Shown piece by piece: positions 25,088-38,595 of a stretch of DNA of 64,000 bases. The DNA is from Anolis carolinensis (lineage: Eukaryota). Location: positions 10,403,190 through 10,467,189 of the forward strand of contig NC_085846.1 of NCBI RefSeq assembly GCF_035594765.1, in the 5' to 3' direction. The position numbers and the translations under genes are program-made. Below the pieces are notes generated by a model. The model was not told where the DNA came from and searched no databases. It saw only the letters and a list, made by a program, of their open reading frames with translations. Each line of letters opens with the position of its first letter. Position 1 is the first letter of the stretch.

Positions 25088-28000
25088 TTACTTATTTACA
25101 TGGACCGAAAGGCATAAAACTTTAAGATTCTTCTTTCTTATGAATTGCTTCTTATGGTTCAGCTCTGGCTTCAGTAAAATGACATAGCATTTGGGGGAAA
25201 AGATGCAGCCAAGTAATCCAGCCCCGGACCCTAAAATAGAAAAGATCTCGACAACCACCATATATTTCCCCTTGGTACTCAAATATGTTGGAACAAATGA
25301 CAGCCAAACAGTGCAGAAAATTAACATGCTGAAGGTAATGAACTTGGCTTCATTGAAATTTTCAGGTAACTTTCTGGCAAGGAAAGCCACAATGAAGCTG
25401 ACAGTGGCTAGGAATCCCAAAAAGCTCAGGACAGAGTAAAACATAGCTGGCGAGCCTTCATTACATACAAGTACAATTTCTTCAGCCATTGACTGCATGT
25501 CAAAATCAGGAAATGGGGGGAAAGTTGTCAACCAAATGATACAGATAGTGGCTTGGATAAAGGAGCAGCAAAGGACAATGGAGACAGCCAAGTGTTTTCC
25601 CATCCACTTCCTCATCCAAGACCTTGGCATGGTGGACATAAAAGCTAAAATCACTAAAATTGTTTTGGCCAAAACAGAAGAGAGAGCCAGGGAAAAGATG
25701 ACCCCGAAGGTGGTTTGACGGAGGAGACATATTATTCTATTAGGTTGACCAAGGAATAAGAAAACACACAGAAAAGAGAGCAGCAAAGAAGTGAGAAGAA
25801 TATAGGTCAAAGTCCGATTGTTGGCTTTGACTATGGGAGTGTCCTGGTGTTTGATGAAGATCCCAAGCATGAAAACGGCCATGAAAGAGAGGAAAAGAGC
25901 AAGAATGGCCAAACAGATCCCCAAGGGCTCTTCGTAAGACAAGAAGATGATATTTTTTTGAATGCACAAATCCTGATCATGGTTTGGATAATGATCTTCC
26001 AGACAGTAAAAACAATTCTTCATATCTGAAACAGAAATTTCTTTTCAATACACAGCAGACCAATGTCCACTTTGCTGCAAATTGAATATTACAGCATTGT
26101 TCTTCTACAAATGAGAACAAAGTAGAAATACAAGGGGCAAAAGGTGAGAATAACCTACTTCCAAGCATAGGTAAAACATTCAAACCTAGTGAAATGTAGG
26201 TCTTCATATGGACATAAAATGAAAAGAAAACATATATTACTGTAAAATTATGACTGAATGCTAGAAATTTAAATAATAAGTAAAATGGCTAAAATAAAAT
26301 ATATAAAATAAGTTTAAATGGTTATGCGAATGGTTGGATACTGGCAAACATTGACAGAGAGAATTTTGGACTAATGGAAATCTTCAGCAGCTAGCAGTTA
26401 TTCAAGGCAATATTTGCACCTTCTTACATTTTTTGAGCAGGGGGTAACATTTTATGTACAGAAAATAATATGTCTGCAAAGAATATTTGTTAAGGTCTAA
26501 CTAATGACATTTCTTACCAGTTTTATCTGAAATCTTCCCTGCTGGGCATGGGTGACAATCATAGCAGCAAAATGGCTTGCCTTCCTTCTTGGTCTTTCTG
26601 TAACCTGGGTTACAGTTGTCATTACACATGGAAATGGGCCGTGTCTGTCCATCAAACCAAAGCAGCCAGAAAAGATAATATAAAAAGTACAGACAAGCAT
26701 GTACACTGCTTTTTTGCATTGAAACATACTGTTTTGTGTTTTGACATAAATCTTTCATACCAAAGTATGAAATATTTAGGTCAAAATGCATGTTATCATG
26801 ATGTTGGACCAGTACTCTGGAAATGAGGGATGCATCTACACACTGTAGAATTGATGCAGTTTGTCACCCCTTGAACTGAAGTGTCTTAATGCTATAGAAT
26901 TCTGGAAGCTATAGTTTGGTGAGGCCCTAGCACACTGGCAAAGAAGGTGAAAAATCTTTCGGAACTACAAACCTCAAGAGCCTTAATCTGGCATGCCACC
27001 AGTCTAATTTGAGAGGCAGAATTGGCTAATCTAATGACTAACAATTGGATTTTGGAAAAGATCCCAGATTATAATAGACAGTATTTAGAAAACTCATACA
27101 CTGTGAGGAGGGCTGCTGTTGTAGGAAAAAAATTACCCAGAATCTTGTTGACAAAACATTTTGGTTTAACATTTGATTAACCTAGCTGACTAGAACAAAT
27201 CCACAAGGCTGGGTTGTGCAAATAATTGTGTACCTGTTGAGACAGCTTATGCAAACAGCTATGACATTTGGCTTACTAGATAGTGTGTACATGATGTGGA
27301 TTATGGATGTTTCACCTGATTTAATGATTAATAGTTTATATAAGTTGGAGGCAACTGCGCATGTCTAAGAATTACATTAGTCAGAAAAATTCCATTGTTA
27401 GTCTTCTGCGCATGCTTGTAAAATGCTATAATTGGAAGTCCACTCCAGCAGGGGGTGTGACAATTTCTTTACTCAACATGAGCTGATCTGGTGCCACTAT
27501 TTGCAGATAGTAATGTGCTGAAATCCAAAACTGCTGTCCATCTCTTCCTTTGGTTGCGCCCAGACAAACTTGATAGACAGATTTTCCCAAAAACACAACT
27601 AAGTTCATAAAGTGCTTTGTTGTGCTTTTCTCCGATGGGCTGGCAACACATATATTTCTATTCTCAGAGTTACCTAATATCAGATTAGGAAGATTGTATA
27701 AAATGGGTTGAAAGCACGCATAGAATCTGACATTGGAAGAGACCATAAGGATCATCCAGTCCAACTCCCTGCCATACAGGAAAAGCGCAATCTATTCTCC
27801 TGACAGTTAAGTATTCCCAATATTTGGTAATTGGACATCACTGGCAGATCAGACTTGAATCTTCATTGCAAGTTTTTCCTCCCCTGCATCACTTTCTACA
27901 AACATCAAAGACAGTTCAAACCATCAAAAATGCAGCACTGTTTCTGGTGATTGCTTGTGGGTCTCCATCTCTCCAGCATGGGACTCAGTCTCCGCAGCAT

Positions 28001-31000
28001 GTAGAAATGGACATATTTCAAATCTGGGCAAAATTAATTTGATTCCATTGCATGCACATAGAAACACCTCAAAATAGGTATCTGACCGTGGAATAGGAAA
28101 TGGTAGATCCCCCCCCCAAAATAAATAAATAAATAAAGAGATTACACAACATTTATGGGTTGAACTATGGGCAACTTTGATTTAATGTTACCTAGTTAAA
28201 AATCATCGCTGTAGATATTTCTAAAGAGTGGTATGAACTTGGTGGAATTAAGCCAAGGTAATGGCCTTGCCCAGCCCAGCCCACCCCTAGGCTAATTAGG
28301 GCAAAACCCCTGGTGAACTAACCCAGGCAACCTTTAAGGGAAATGTAATGGAGAAGTCTACCCCAAGGAATTATTGAGGTCAGACTCTCCCCATTCCTAG
28401 GCCATTTCTGCTCGCCCTCACCTCGGATAATTGAACCACAGGTGAGGGTTTCCGTTCATGGCCTAAACCCAAAAACAGGTGCCTTGGGTGTACACCAAAT
28501 TGGAAAATCCCTTGCTGTTTTCTATTATGGCCTATGTTTTAGGGGGGAAATTTCTACTTGGTTCCCGAAAGTGACCAATTAATTATACTGTTAATGGGTG
28601 GAGGGGGGGGGGGGGTTAGCTTCCAGATGCCAAATGAGTTTAAGGGGGCGGACTGCTATCCATACAACTCCCACTCCCCTGAAAGTACTTCCTATTTGTC
28701 TCCTCTTCAGTGAAGGAGGCAAACCACTTCCTGCCCCCAACTTTGTGGGGGAGGGAAGTTAATTCTCTGTTACACTCCATTTTATGAAGAGCCCTTCCAA
28801 CCTTCTGGTCATTAGTAATTAAGACAGTGTTGGGTCCCATTGAAAGAAGTACGAAATGCAACCCCCCCCCTCCCCCAAGTCTGATGAGATCCTGGATTTT
28901 ATGAACACTAAAGCAATATGCATTTTATGAACACCAAAGTAATATACATTGAATTGTGCATGAACATTTACCTGGTTAAATTGCCTGGGCCACATTATGG
29001 CATCCTCATAAATGGCAAGCACTTTGTCTGAAGGAGCGTGAGGATCCGTTTGTCCAACTTTGACTCTAAGGAAGGATTTGTTTGGGAATGTTATCCAATT
29101 AATAATTTCAAATCCAGCAACTAATTCTCTATTTCGGTCAAAGGAAATCTGCTCCCCGGCACTGTTATTAAAAGAGACAGTCACCAAGTATGGGTGAAGC
29201 TGAAAGAAAATGAATAAGGATATGCAAAAAAGATTGTGGATATACTGTGATCATTCGTTGGTGGTGATGTCAAAAGAGGCCTATCTAGTGAAACCATGGG
29301 AGATTTTACTCATATAGGCCATCATCCAGGTTTTTTTTTATAAAGACTTTTCAGTTTTTGGATCAATTTCAGAGTTTACTACACTGGCTGCTTAATCAAT
29401 ACAACAAGGGTGGCCACATACTTTGTTCCCAACTCACATTTGTGGCAGGGCAGCTTATGGTCCAGATAGGCAAACAACAGTTCCGTCTGCTGGGCCATCA
29501 CCTTACTTTCCCTGTTGCCATTGTCACTGTCAGATGGCTTACCTTCCCTGTCATCAAAGAAGCGCAGAGAGACATCAGGAAATACCTTCCAGACCAGGGA
29601 GGAGGAGCAGGGATTGGCAATGATGATGAGGCTATACTGACCTCCAGCACACTACTTCTATTTACAATGTAGTGGGAATCATGCAGCTTTCCAGTTATTA
29701 TAGCACCATGATTCCTAAAACTCCTCACTATTAGTTATGGTGGCAACTTGGCAAGAGTTCGTTCTCCCACCTTGGACCTTCCACAGATATATAAACCTCA
29801 CTAACCTAGTTTCCAATATACCTCACAACCTCTGAGTACGCCTGCCACAGATGTGGGTGAAATGTCAGGAGAGAACATGGCCATTAGCCACACAGCCCAA
29901 AAAACTCACACCAACCCAGTTGGCAAGACTTCTTAATAGTTTCAGTCAAAAAACAACTGTAAGGTCATATGTATCCCACCATGGCTCTTGACTATATGTG
30001 CTTACTTGCTTAGCTGCTAAGTAACTTTTAGGGTAATTATTTTACGTGATATTAAACAGTGACACTGAACGGAAGGCAGAGCCTAAAACATTGATACAAT
30101 ACCAATAAATATAATTTTCCCCAAATTGTTTTTTGTCATTAAAATATCATAAACACCCCAGATCCATCTGCTCCTGGGGGTTAAGCAGGGTCACTTCTGG
30201 TTAGTACTTGGTTAGTACATAAATGGGAAAATGCCAACAAGCTGCCAACAAACACCAGATGAGGGAACTGGTAAAACCACCTTATGAAAATCATAGGGTC
30301 ACCAAATGTCAACAGACAACTTGAAGGCACACAACGATAGACAATCATTTTGTGTAGGAACCTGCATAAAGTCCAATTCTAGAAGTCAACACAGATGGAT
30401 ATACAAATTGGAAGCCGGGTAATGTTAAATCATATATAGTGCGACATAATACAAAGCTTTTGTCTATTATCATCTGAGTAGCGGGGCCAATGAGTTGGCT
30501 GTAAAGTGGATGCTGTTGTAAACCCGACATACCACAATTCTGACCTCAATAGCTCTTCCTAATTTAGAGTTACAAAGAAATTAGTGCTTTATTATTTAGT
30601 GTCATGTTGAGTTACCTTTCTCGCATTTGGCTGTTCAGAAATTACCTGCCATGGCTTTTGATTCAGAAGCATCCATCTCCTTCTGTCCATTGGTGTCCTG
30701 TATTTAGTGCTGGAGAAATACATGGCATGCAAAGCATGGGCTACAGCATAGACAGCATTGTAGATACTGTAGCTATGGCTAGTCATTTCCATTTCAAAAA
30801 TAAATCCAGGGAGAGTCTCCAGTTTCTCTTCCCCTGTGCAGAATTCATCAGTCTTGTCTAGGGTGGAGCTGGGAAAGAAACAATGAAATGCGTGTTCCCA
30901 GAAGGTCCTAATAAATCCATCTCCTCTTTCCGGCATAGGGCTTTTGGTGTGAAGAAACTCTTGAAAGCCTAACACCTCCTTTGAACGCATGGCAAAGGAT

Positions 31001-34000
31001 AAAGTACCATGGATGAAATCTAGACGCCAACTCCTCTGGAAAGATAGTGATGCGAAATCCATCTGGGCTGTCATAATCCACACCTTTGTCTTTTTCAGTA
31101 TCCCATCAAATTCTGAGAAGTGGAGTAACATTCTCCACACAATCGTTGTCTGAATTTCACCATGTACCAGCAGCACAGTGGCACTGCTTCCCATGATAAC
31201 CTGGCAGGTTTCTATTCCTTCTCTTACAATCATGTCAGCATTATTGGAAAATGTTAACTCTGGAAGTTTCTGTATGAATTCAAAGCAGATGCCACTTTTT
31301 GCAAACATGGGAAGCACCTTATGCACAAACAACTCCCCATTTTTATCATTCAGATAAGTCACACCAATCCAAATCCACCTGAAATGAAGCAGTAGCTGTT
31401 GAATTCCCCAGTACTGATGGGACCCTCCTGGGAACATCTTGTAGAAAAATACTCCTTGTGTTTTGGGATTCATCACTGGTGCAGAGCCATATGTGAGCTA
31501 AAATGTAGAAGAGATATCTTAAGAGAAGAGATACTTCCAAAGGAAGAAATTCTGATGCTTTTTTCATCTTATCAGGAGACATTCAGTGCTGATTTCACTC
31601 TATGGCTTTAATTATTCTTCAGGATGAAGTGATTTCTTATTGTTTTCCCTAATTTTATTTAATATAATTGCATGATAAAGTCATAGACTAAGATCTTAAT
31701 CATGTTAGTACAAAGCAACCCATTGAACCAACTGTTGAACAATGAGTAGACCCAATGGATGATGCCTCAATACACAGGTAAATCCAACTGATGCATTGAG
31801 TCTACTCCTGTTAGAACAAATTGTAGGCTTCAGGATGCCATACATTGCAGAAGCGATTTATGAAACAATAAACCAATCATGGTCATGATTATAAAAATAT
31901 TAGTAGACACAGTAATAATGATCTCTCCTCACATATCAACACGCAGAAGTGCAAGCAGTGTGCTAATATATGACACCCAGCATTACCTTTTATACATTGA
32001 GGTGAATTTGTTCTCTGTCTTAGAAATACATTAGAAATACATTTCCTTCACCTTCCTATATGAGATTTAGATTTAAAAATAAATAAGAGCACAACAGAGG
32101 AATGAACAGACAAAGTAATGTTGTTTAGTAGATCTCCCACTTTTGCAGGACTTAGGGGCACAGAACCCTCACCAAGTGAGGAGAAAACATCTAAGAATCT
32201 TTAGGTCCTCCAGCACAACTCTGTAGTCAACTGCTAACAGAAGTTAACCATATAGGGTCATATTGGAGGATTAGAGATTCTGTAGTGGGACTATGATTAG
32301 AATCATAGAATCATTGGAAGATGTGTTGTCGAAGGCTTTCATGGCCGGGATCACAGGGTGGTTGTACGTTTTCCGGGCTGTATGGCCATGTTCCAGAAGT
32401 ATTCTCTCCTGACATTTCGCCCACATCTATGGCAGGCATCCTCAGAGGTTGTGAGGTATGGAGAAACTAAGCAAGCAAGGTTTTATTTATCATTGGAAGA
32501 GATTGCAGGGGCCATCTAGTCCAACCACCTGCCATGCAGGAAAAGCACAATCAAAGCACCCCTGACAGATGGCCATCTAGCCTCTGTTTAAAAGTCAGTG
32601 AATGAAATCCAGAAAAGTTTAATCCACAAATATAGAGTTTTGACCATTAAAAAATACTATTCTTTTGAATCCAAATGAACAACAATAAATAATTGTTTTC
32701 AATCAAGATCATTATTCAGAATTTGAGCATTAGATATGACATGTATTCATTTCATTCATCTATAAATCCAAATACAATGGCACAATCCCATAAATATATT
32801 TTTTTTCAAGTCAAATGCTTTATATACCAATCTCACCTGTGGAATTTTGTAGTTGTGTAGGATGGTTGTCATAAAGTGGCAGATGTTCGAATTTGGTCCC
32901 CCAATGACCGCTGCTGGATTGTAGTGGAATCCACACTTGTAGTTGGGGGTGAATTTGCTTCCCGGAGATAGAAGTTCCATTGAAGCAAGGTAGGTCCAGC
33001 CTGCACTGAAATAACTATTATGAATGTTGAACCCCATGGTGATGTTAGGTAAGATCTGGGAATCTTTGTTGATTTCATTGATAGCAAATACTAAGGCCAG
33101 AATGTGTTGATAGTTTTGTGTGAGTACTCTGCAATTAGAGGCACCGACTAAATTACTAAAAAAAAAACAACCACCCAAATTACAAAATGTACAGTATAAT
33201 CATGGCATTTATTATCTATGCATTGAACAAGTGGTTCAGTTCAATGATCTCTAAAGTCATCTCCGATTCTAGCATCCTATGGTAATGAACTATGACTTAA
33301 ATCTAAGTCAATTATATGCATCCTTTTTATTCAATTGATATACTGTAGTTGGGACTAGCAAAATGATTAGGCTTATTATTCCAACAGAGCCTGTTTGACT
33401 CTCAGATCTTGAATCTTGAGAAGTAAGTTCTAATAAATGGAATTTCTATCAATACCATTACTGTTTGAATTAGCAACAATAGCACCAGTACTGGGGGAAA
33501 AGGCAGGATAGATAATTGGATTGATGGATGGATGGATTGCAATCACACATTCTGATGGAAACTGTAATGTTAATTATTCATAGAATCACAGAATCATAGA
33601 GTTGGAAGGGACCTCACGGGCCACCCAGTCCACCCCCGTACAAGAAGCAGGAAAATCTCATTCAAAGCATATATTATTTTACCAAAGGAAAGCTAAGAAA
33701 AAGAAACAAATGACATTCCAAATGTTATCCAAATTATTAAAACCAAAATCTGTAGGTCCATGCATGATATGTTAATAGTAGTAACAGCAGGAACATAAAC
33801 AACCTTACATATAATCGTCAAACAGCTCCTGGGATGGATACTTCTTGAAGTTCATTTTTCTGGAAAATATATAAATCTGAGAAATAATGCCTGCAACGAC
33901 CAGGTCCCCTGCCTGATAATATCGGTGAAGAATAGGAAGAGGCTCCACAATGGAACATTTCCTAATTGGTGCCTTACATGCAATCTCAGGCAACAATACT

Positions 34001-34026
34001 AATACAAACACCACAAATAATTCCAT
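25088..34026 (-). CDS. V2R gene C, intact, 6 exons, 884 aa
   Basis: Exons 34026-33809 (218; Kozak aagATGg, signal peptide [13 protein letters not shown]), 33128-32837 (292), 31497-30646 (852), 29199-28972 (228), 26644-26518 (127), 26025-25088 (938). GT-AG introns, 2655 nt open. Venus flytrap, cysteine-rich and 7TM motifs are present. Confidence 0.92.
28143..28770. repeat. Unclassified interspersed repeat (related copies at ~34585-35290 and ~50293-50975)
   Basis: Shared acacaaca...tgggttgaactatgggcaa...aatgttacc and cctcacctc...cacaggtgag...ttcatggcct blocks in three places. Confidence 0.55.
29760..29917 (+). mobile_element. Penelope-like fragment in gene C intron 3
   Basis: cctcacaacctctgagtacgcctgccacagatgtgggtgaaatgtcaggagag matches the family at 879 and 32322. 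Confidence 0.75.
30153..30335 (+). mobile_element. 5S rRNA-derived SINE remnant (5S-Sauria-like)
   Basis: taagcagggtcacttctggttagtacttgg matches the 5S rRNA internal control region (ctaagcagggtcgggcctggttagtacttggatggga), followed by a non-5S tail. Related minus-strand relics at ~7560-7710 and ~20900-21075. Confidence 0.65.
32322..32488 (-). mobile_element. Penelope-like terminal fragment inserted in a CR1 tail (gene C intron 2)
   Basis: 12-bp TSD atcattggaaga (32310-32321 and 32489-32500). Same family as 879-1072. Confidence 0.85.
32408..32448 (-). ncRNA. Minimal hammerhead ribozyme motif (Penelope type)
   Basis: Minus strand CCU-CUGAGGA-U-GCC(UGCCAUAGAUGUG)GGC-GAAA-U-GUC^AGG. Penelope-like elements are known to carry such minimal hammerheads. 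Confidence 0.55.
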
Positions 34027-34206
34027 CTTGAAAGGCAATCTTTGCTTTTAGCCAAACATTCACCCCACATTGCCATTCAAAGGAATAAGGTCTACTACAC
34101 TCAAACTTGAACAATCACTCTTTCCACTGATTTGATCTCAACTATGAATGACCTAAATGGAAAAGCCCTTTCTGACTCTAGTTCCTCTTTCAAATGGTAT
34201 GAGGCG

Positions 34207-34310
34207 TATTAATAGCATTTTCTAACCTAGGTGTATAACTTTGTTAGTGTTCACTGGAGTTCCTTGGGAGCTTGAAGGAGAAGATATAATCATAGTTGAT
34301 TTGATAATTA
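34207..34310 (-). promoter_or_regulatory. Putative promoter module, gene C
   Basis: TATTAATA at 34207-34214, TTCCTTGGGAG at 34260-34270, GATAATTA at 34303-34310. Confidence 0.5.
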
Positions 34311-35363
34311 CAGAGAAGAGAATTTAGAAAATTGTCTTTGTGGAGGGAAAAAAACATGTTTATGACATATTTAAAAAGTTTGGGGTGATAATCTGTATTG
34401 GTAGAAGTGGCAGTTCTAAATTAGAGTTACCAAAATGGGAATATTAAAAAAATACAGTGATGGGCACTAGCTGTTATGCAGCAATTTGAGTTTTTCCAGA
34501 AGTCTCATAGATTTTTGTTGTTGTTGGGACGGTGCTGAAGAGGTCATAGAAATATATTTGTTTGCTCCCCAACTAATGAAATAACGACACAACACATACA
34601 TGTGGGTTGAACTATGGGCAACTTTTATTAAATGTTACCAATCAATTACTTTGTGAACTGCCAACCAATTTAAGGGCATGAATGTTGGTGTGTAATGAAA
34701 CCAAGGCAGTGGCCATCCAAGACCTATTTCTCCTCAAACAAGGACAAGACATCATGGTTGTTGGCTGCAACCAACTGTTGCTTCCAGGGCGACCATTCAG
34801 GGAAGCGGAAGAGAATTTTGTTCCAATTCCAGAAAATATTGAGACCAGAAGTTCCCCTGCTCAAGGCCACTGCTATTCACCCTCACCTCAATTCATTTAA
34901 TCACAGGTGAGAGTTCCCATTCATGGCCTACACTACAAAGGGGTTCCTTAGGTGCATATGTAAGCAATCCCTATTTTCCCACATATCAGCCTATTTAGGA
35001 ACCCCTCACCCAATTTGCTGTAGATTAAACAGTGTAGGGTAGGGGGGAAAAAACTTTAAAACATGGGGGGGGGGTTCAATTCAGCCCCGATAGGCAACTC
35101 TTGAAGTACACTGTTAGAGGGTGGATGGATCAACGCTGGAATCCAGAAGGGAGTAGGGCGTAGGCTTAACTTGCTGGCCCCACCCAAAGTCCTGGCCGGA
35201 ACTATTTTTCTCTCCCTTCACTAGAAGGGAGCAAAGCCCCCTCCCACCCTCATATCGAGGGTGGGCAAAGCAATTTTTAAAGCTGATTTCTCTGGTTCTT
35301 CCATAATGGGATATGTTTTGTCTTCAACAGCTAGACCAGAAAGAATTATAGTATAAAATAGAC

Positions 35364-35683
35364 CAGTGGTTCCCAAACTTATTTGGCCTAGCGCCCCCTT
35401 TCCAGAAAAAATATTACTCAGCACCCCCTGAAATTTTTTTTTATTTTAATAGCAATTAAACAGAAAGATATATGTATTAATGTTTCTACCTTTTTCGTAA
35501 AATATAGTAAAGAAAGGCGTAAATTAGAAACATTGAAGTTTGAAATTATGAAACTATCTTTTGAACTCAGAATAGAAAGGAAAGGTAATTCATCGCCCCC
35601 AAATGCACCTGTGGCCATCACCGCCCCCCTGGATTGCTGCAACGCCCACCAGGGGGCAGTAGCACCCACTTTGGGAATCACTG
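35364..35683. mobile_element. hAT MITE
   Basis: TIRs cagtggttcccaaa / tttgggaatcactg with a perfect 8-bp TSD aaatagac. Confidence 0.9.
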
Positions 35684-36840
35684 AAATAGACAATGTCATC
35701 CCTAGCAATGTGTTCAGCAATGGAAGGATGGTGTTGTTTTTTGCCTTCAAATTATTTCCAGTCCACAGCAATCTATGTATAAGTGAGGAATCAAACAATA
35801 TACCTAGAAGTTTTTGCATTTATTTTATTCCAGTTTTAAAATTTCAGGGAGACTTTTCATTGGGATATCTCATTCATCTTTCTAAACTTGTGCTTGATTG
35901 GTTATACTGTTTTATATAGTCTAAATTATTTTATTGTGATTGGGTCAATTAAAACTTAGTTGGAGACACTCAGAGACACTTTGGGTCCCATTCAGGGAGA
36001 AAAATGAGAAATTCAATAAACAAACAAACAATAAACAATGTCAAATATATGATGCAAGAGTGAGGAACACATCATTTCCCAGATAATAATATAATAATTA
36101 TTTAAAACCCGCACCTATCTCCCTGGGGGGACACAGGGCAGTTTCCAACAAAGGATGGCAAATATTTAATGTCATAAAACAATACAAAATGAACAAATAG
36201 CCCCATGAATAAAACATTTATAGCAAATTATAACAACTACTCACAAAGTTTAAATAATTAAATAAAACATATAAATCTATTAAACCTACAAAGGAACAAA
36301 ACTAACAAGTTTAAAAACAATTTTAAAAAGTTAAAATAACTATTGTTATCTAATTTATAAACTATTGTTTATATAATTTATTTGTTGTTGTTGTTGTTGT
36401 TGTTGTACCTCTTCCATCTACTTTCTCCTTCTCTCCTTCCCTTTCTCTTTCTTCTCCCCATCCTCCTCCAAGTCTACTATGTGCATTGGGTCAAATAAAC
36501 CTCCCTACATGTTGATAACACAGTCATTTTATTTTTGTATGGCACTGCCATATGTAACTGAAAACACATGCACATTGCATAGCACAAATCATTTTAAAAT
36601 GCAGAAACATACACAAAATTGTAGGAAAATATGATCAAAGTCTGATACAGACCAAGGAAACACTAAGCTTTGCAATTAGTATCAGACAGCTTAAGATGAC
36701 ATTTTATTGATTCACGTATTTATTCTTTCAGTTACATCAAATATTTCCAAGGAATTGGTCATCACTGAGTAAAATCACATTGGTTACAGTGGGACATATT
36801 TGAAACCTATGTGAAAGAGGGCTATATGGTGTTGTATTTG

Positions 36841-38548
36841 TTAATTTCTTCGTCTCATCAACTGCCCCCTCTTGTTCAGCTCTGGCCTTAAGATAATAAT
36901 AAAGCATTTAGGGGAAAAGATGCAGAATAGTAGACTTCCTCCAGAAGCTAAGATGGAGAAGATCTCCACAGCAACCATGTATTTCCCCTTGATGCTTAAA
37001 TACGTTGGAACAAAAGACAACCAAACACTGCAAAAAACCAACATGCTGAAGGTGATGAATTTGGCTTCATTATAGCTGTCGGGCAACTTTCTGGCTAAGA
37101 AAGCCACAGTGAAGCTGATGAGGGCTAGCGAGCCCATAAAGCCCAGGACACTGTAGAACATCACAGATGAGCCTTCATTGCATTCTAGCACAATTTCTTC
37201 AGGCATGGATTGTGTGTTAAAATCTGGGAATGGGGGAGAGGTGGCCAGCCATAGAATGCAAATGGCAGCTTGGACGAGGACGCAAGAAAGAACAATGGAG
37301 GTGGAAAATTGTTTTCCCATCCATTTCCTTGTCCGAGATTCTGGCTTAGTCGCCATGAAAGCTAGAATAACAATGGTTGTTTTGGACAGTATACACGCAA
37401 CTGCCAAAGAAAACATTAAGGCAAAAGCAACTTGTTGAAAAAGACATGATATCTTGCTGGGTTGGCCAATGAACAGAAAAGCGCAAAGGAATGAAAGGAG
37501 GAGACTAGTAAGCAGAGTAAAAGTCAGGTTTGAGTTGTTGGCTCTGACGATGGGAGTAGTTCTGTGCTTAATGAAGATCCCAAGCACCAAAGCAGTGATG
37601 AAAGAGAAGGAGGCTGCAATGGTGGCCAAACTAATCCCCAAAGGTTCTTCAAAAGATAAGAAGCTTATGGCTTTAGGAATGCATGAGTCCTGACCATGGC
37701 TGGGATGCTGATCCTCTGGACATGGTATGCAGTCATCCATGTCTGGAAAAGAAAACACAGTTCTCCTTACAAATGTAGCAAAATAGCCAACAAAGAAGTT
37801 ACTGTAGCATTCAACAACGGAAAAGTCCTGAATCAGGTTGCACCTATTCTGCAGTTTGAAACTCCACTGTATGTCAATGTAGATGGGACCTTAGTTAAGA
37901 CAACATGAAAAAAGACATCTGGGTCTGTGCTCTTCAAATATTATGGAGCAGGTCTGTATAGCCAACTCTCAAGAAGGAGCTACTGCCATTGGGAATGGAA
38001 GTGCTTTATTTGAGAACACATTTTCCCCCAAAAAGCTTATCCATCAGTGAAGCCAATCTCCTGTAATATTTCAAGAAATCTTTCAACTCCCTGTCTTTCT
38101 TTAACTTTAAGAGTGATTAATATAACATATAATTGCAGTACACTTTCTGTACCCCTAGGCCTTATGCCTATGGTTTTACCTACCTGCAGCCAACAAAGTA
38201 TGTCTTCTCTAGGAATTTTATAAGTCCTCCAGGCAATTCCATAGTACATTTCTTCTGGACATTACTAAAGAGTTGCTCTAAAGTAGTGGTTCTCAACCTA
38301 TGGGTCCTCAGATGTTTTGGCCTTCAACTGCCAGAAATCCTAACAGCTGGTAAACTGGGTGAGATTTCTGGAAGTTATAGTCCAAAACACCTGGGGACCC
38401 ACAGGTTGAGAACTACTGATCTAGAGGACCCAGGATACCTCTCTAGGATTTTTGTAGGTCCTCCAGGGCACCTTTCAGGTATCTTCTGACTGAAATTATT
38501 CATTTCAATGGGGTTCTCTGTTATTCACAGTTTCCTGTTTCTGTGAGC

Positions 38549-38595
<47 letters not shown>

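Noticed and set aside
30153-30230. 5S rRNA gene
   Set aside because: Diverged, partial and followed by a SINE tail, so it is a 5S-derived SINE.
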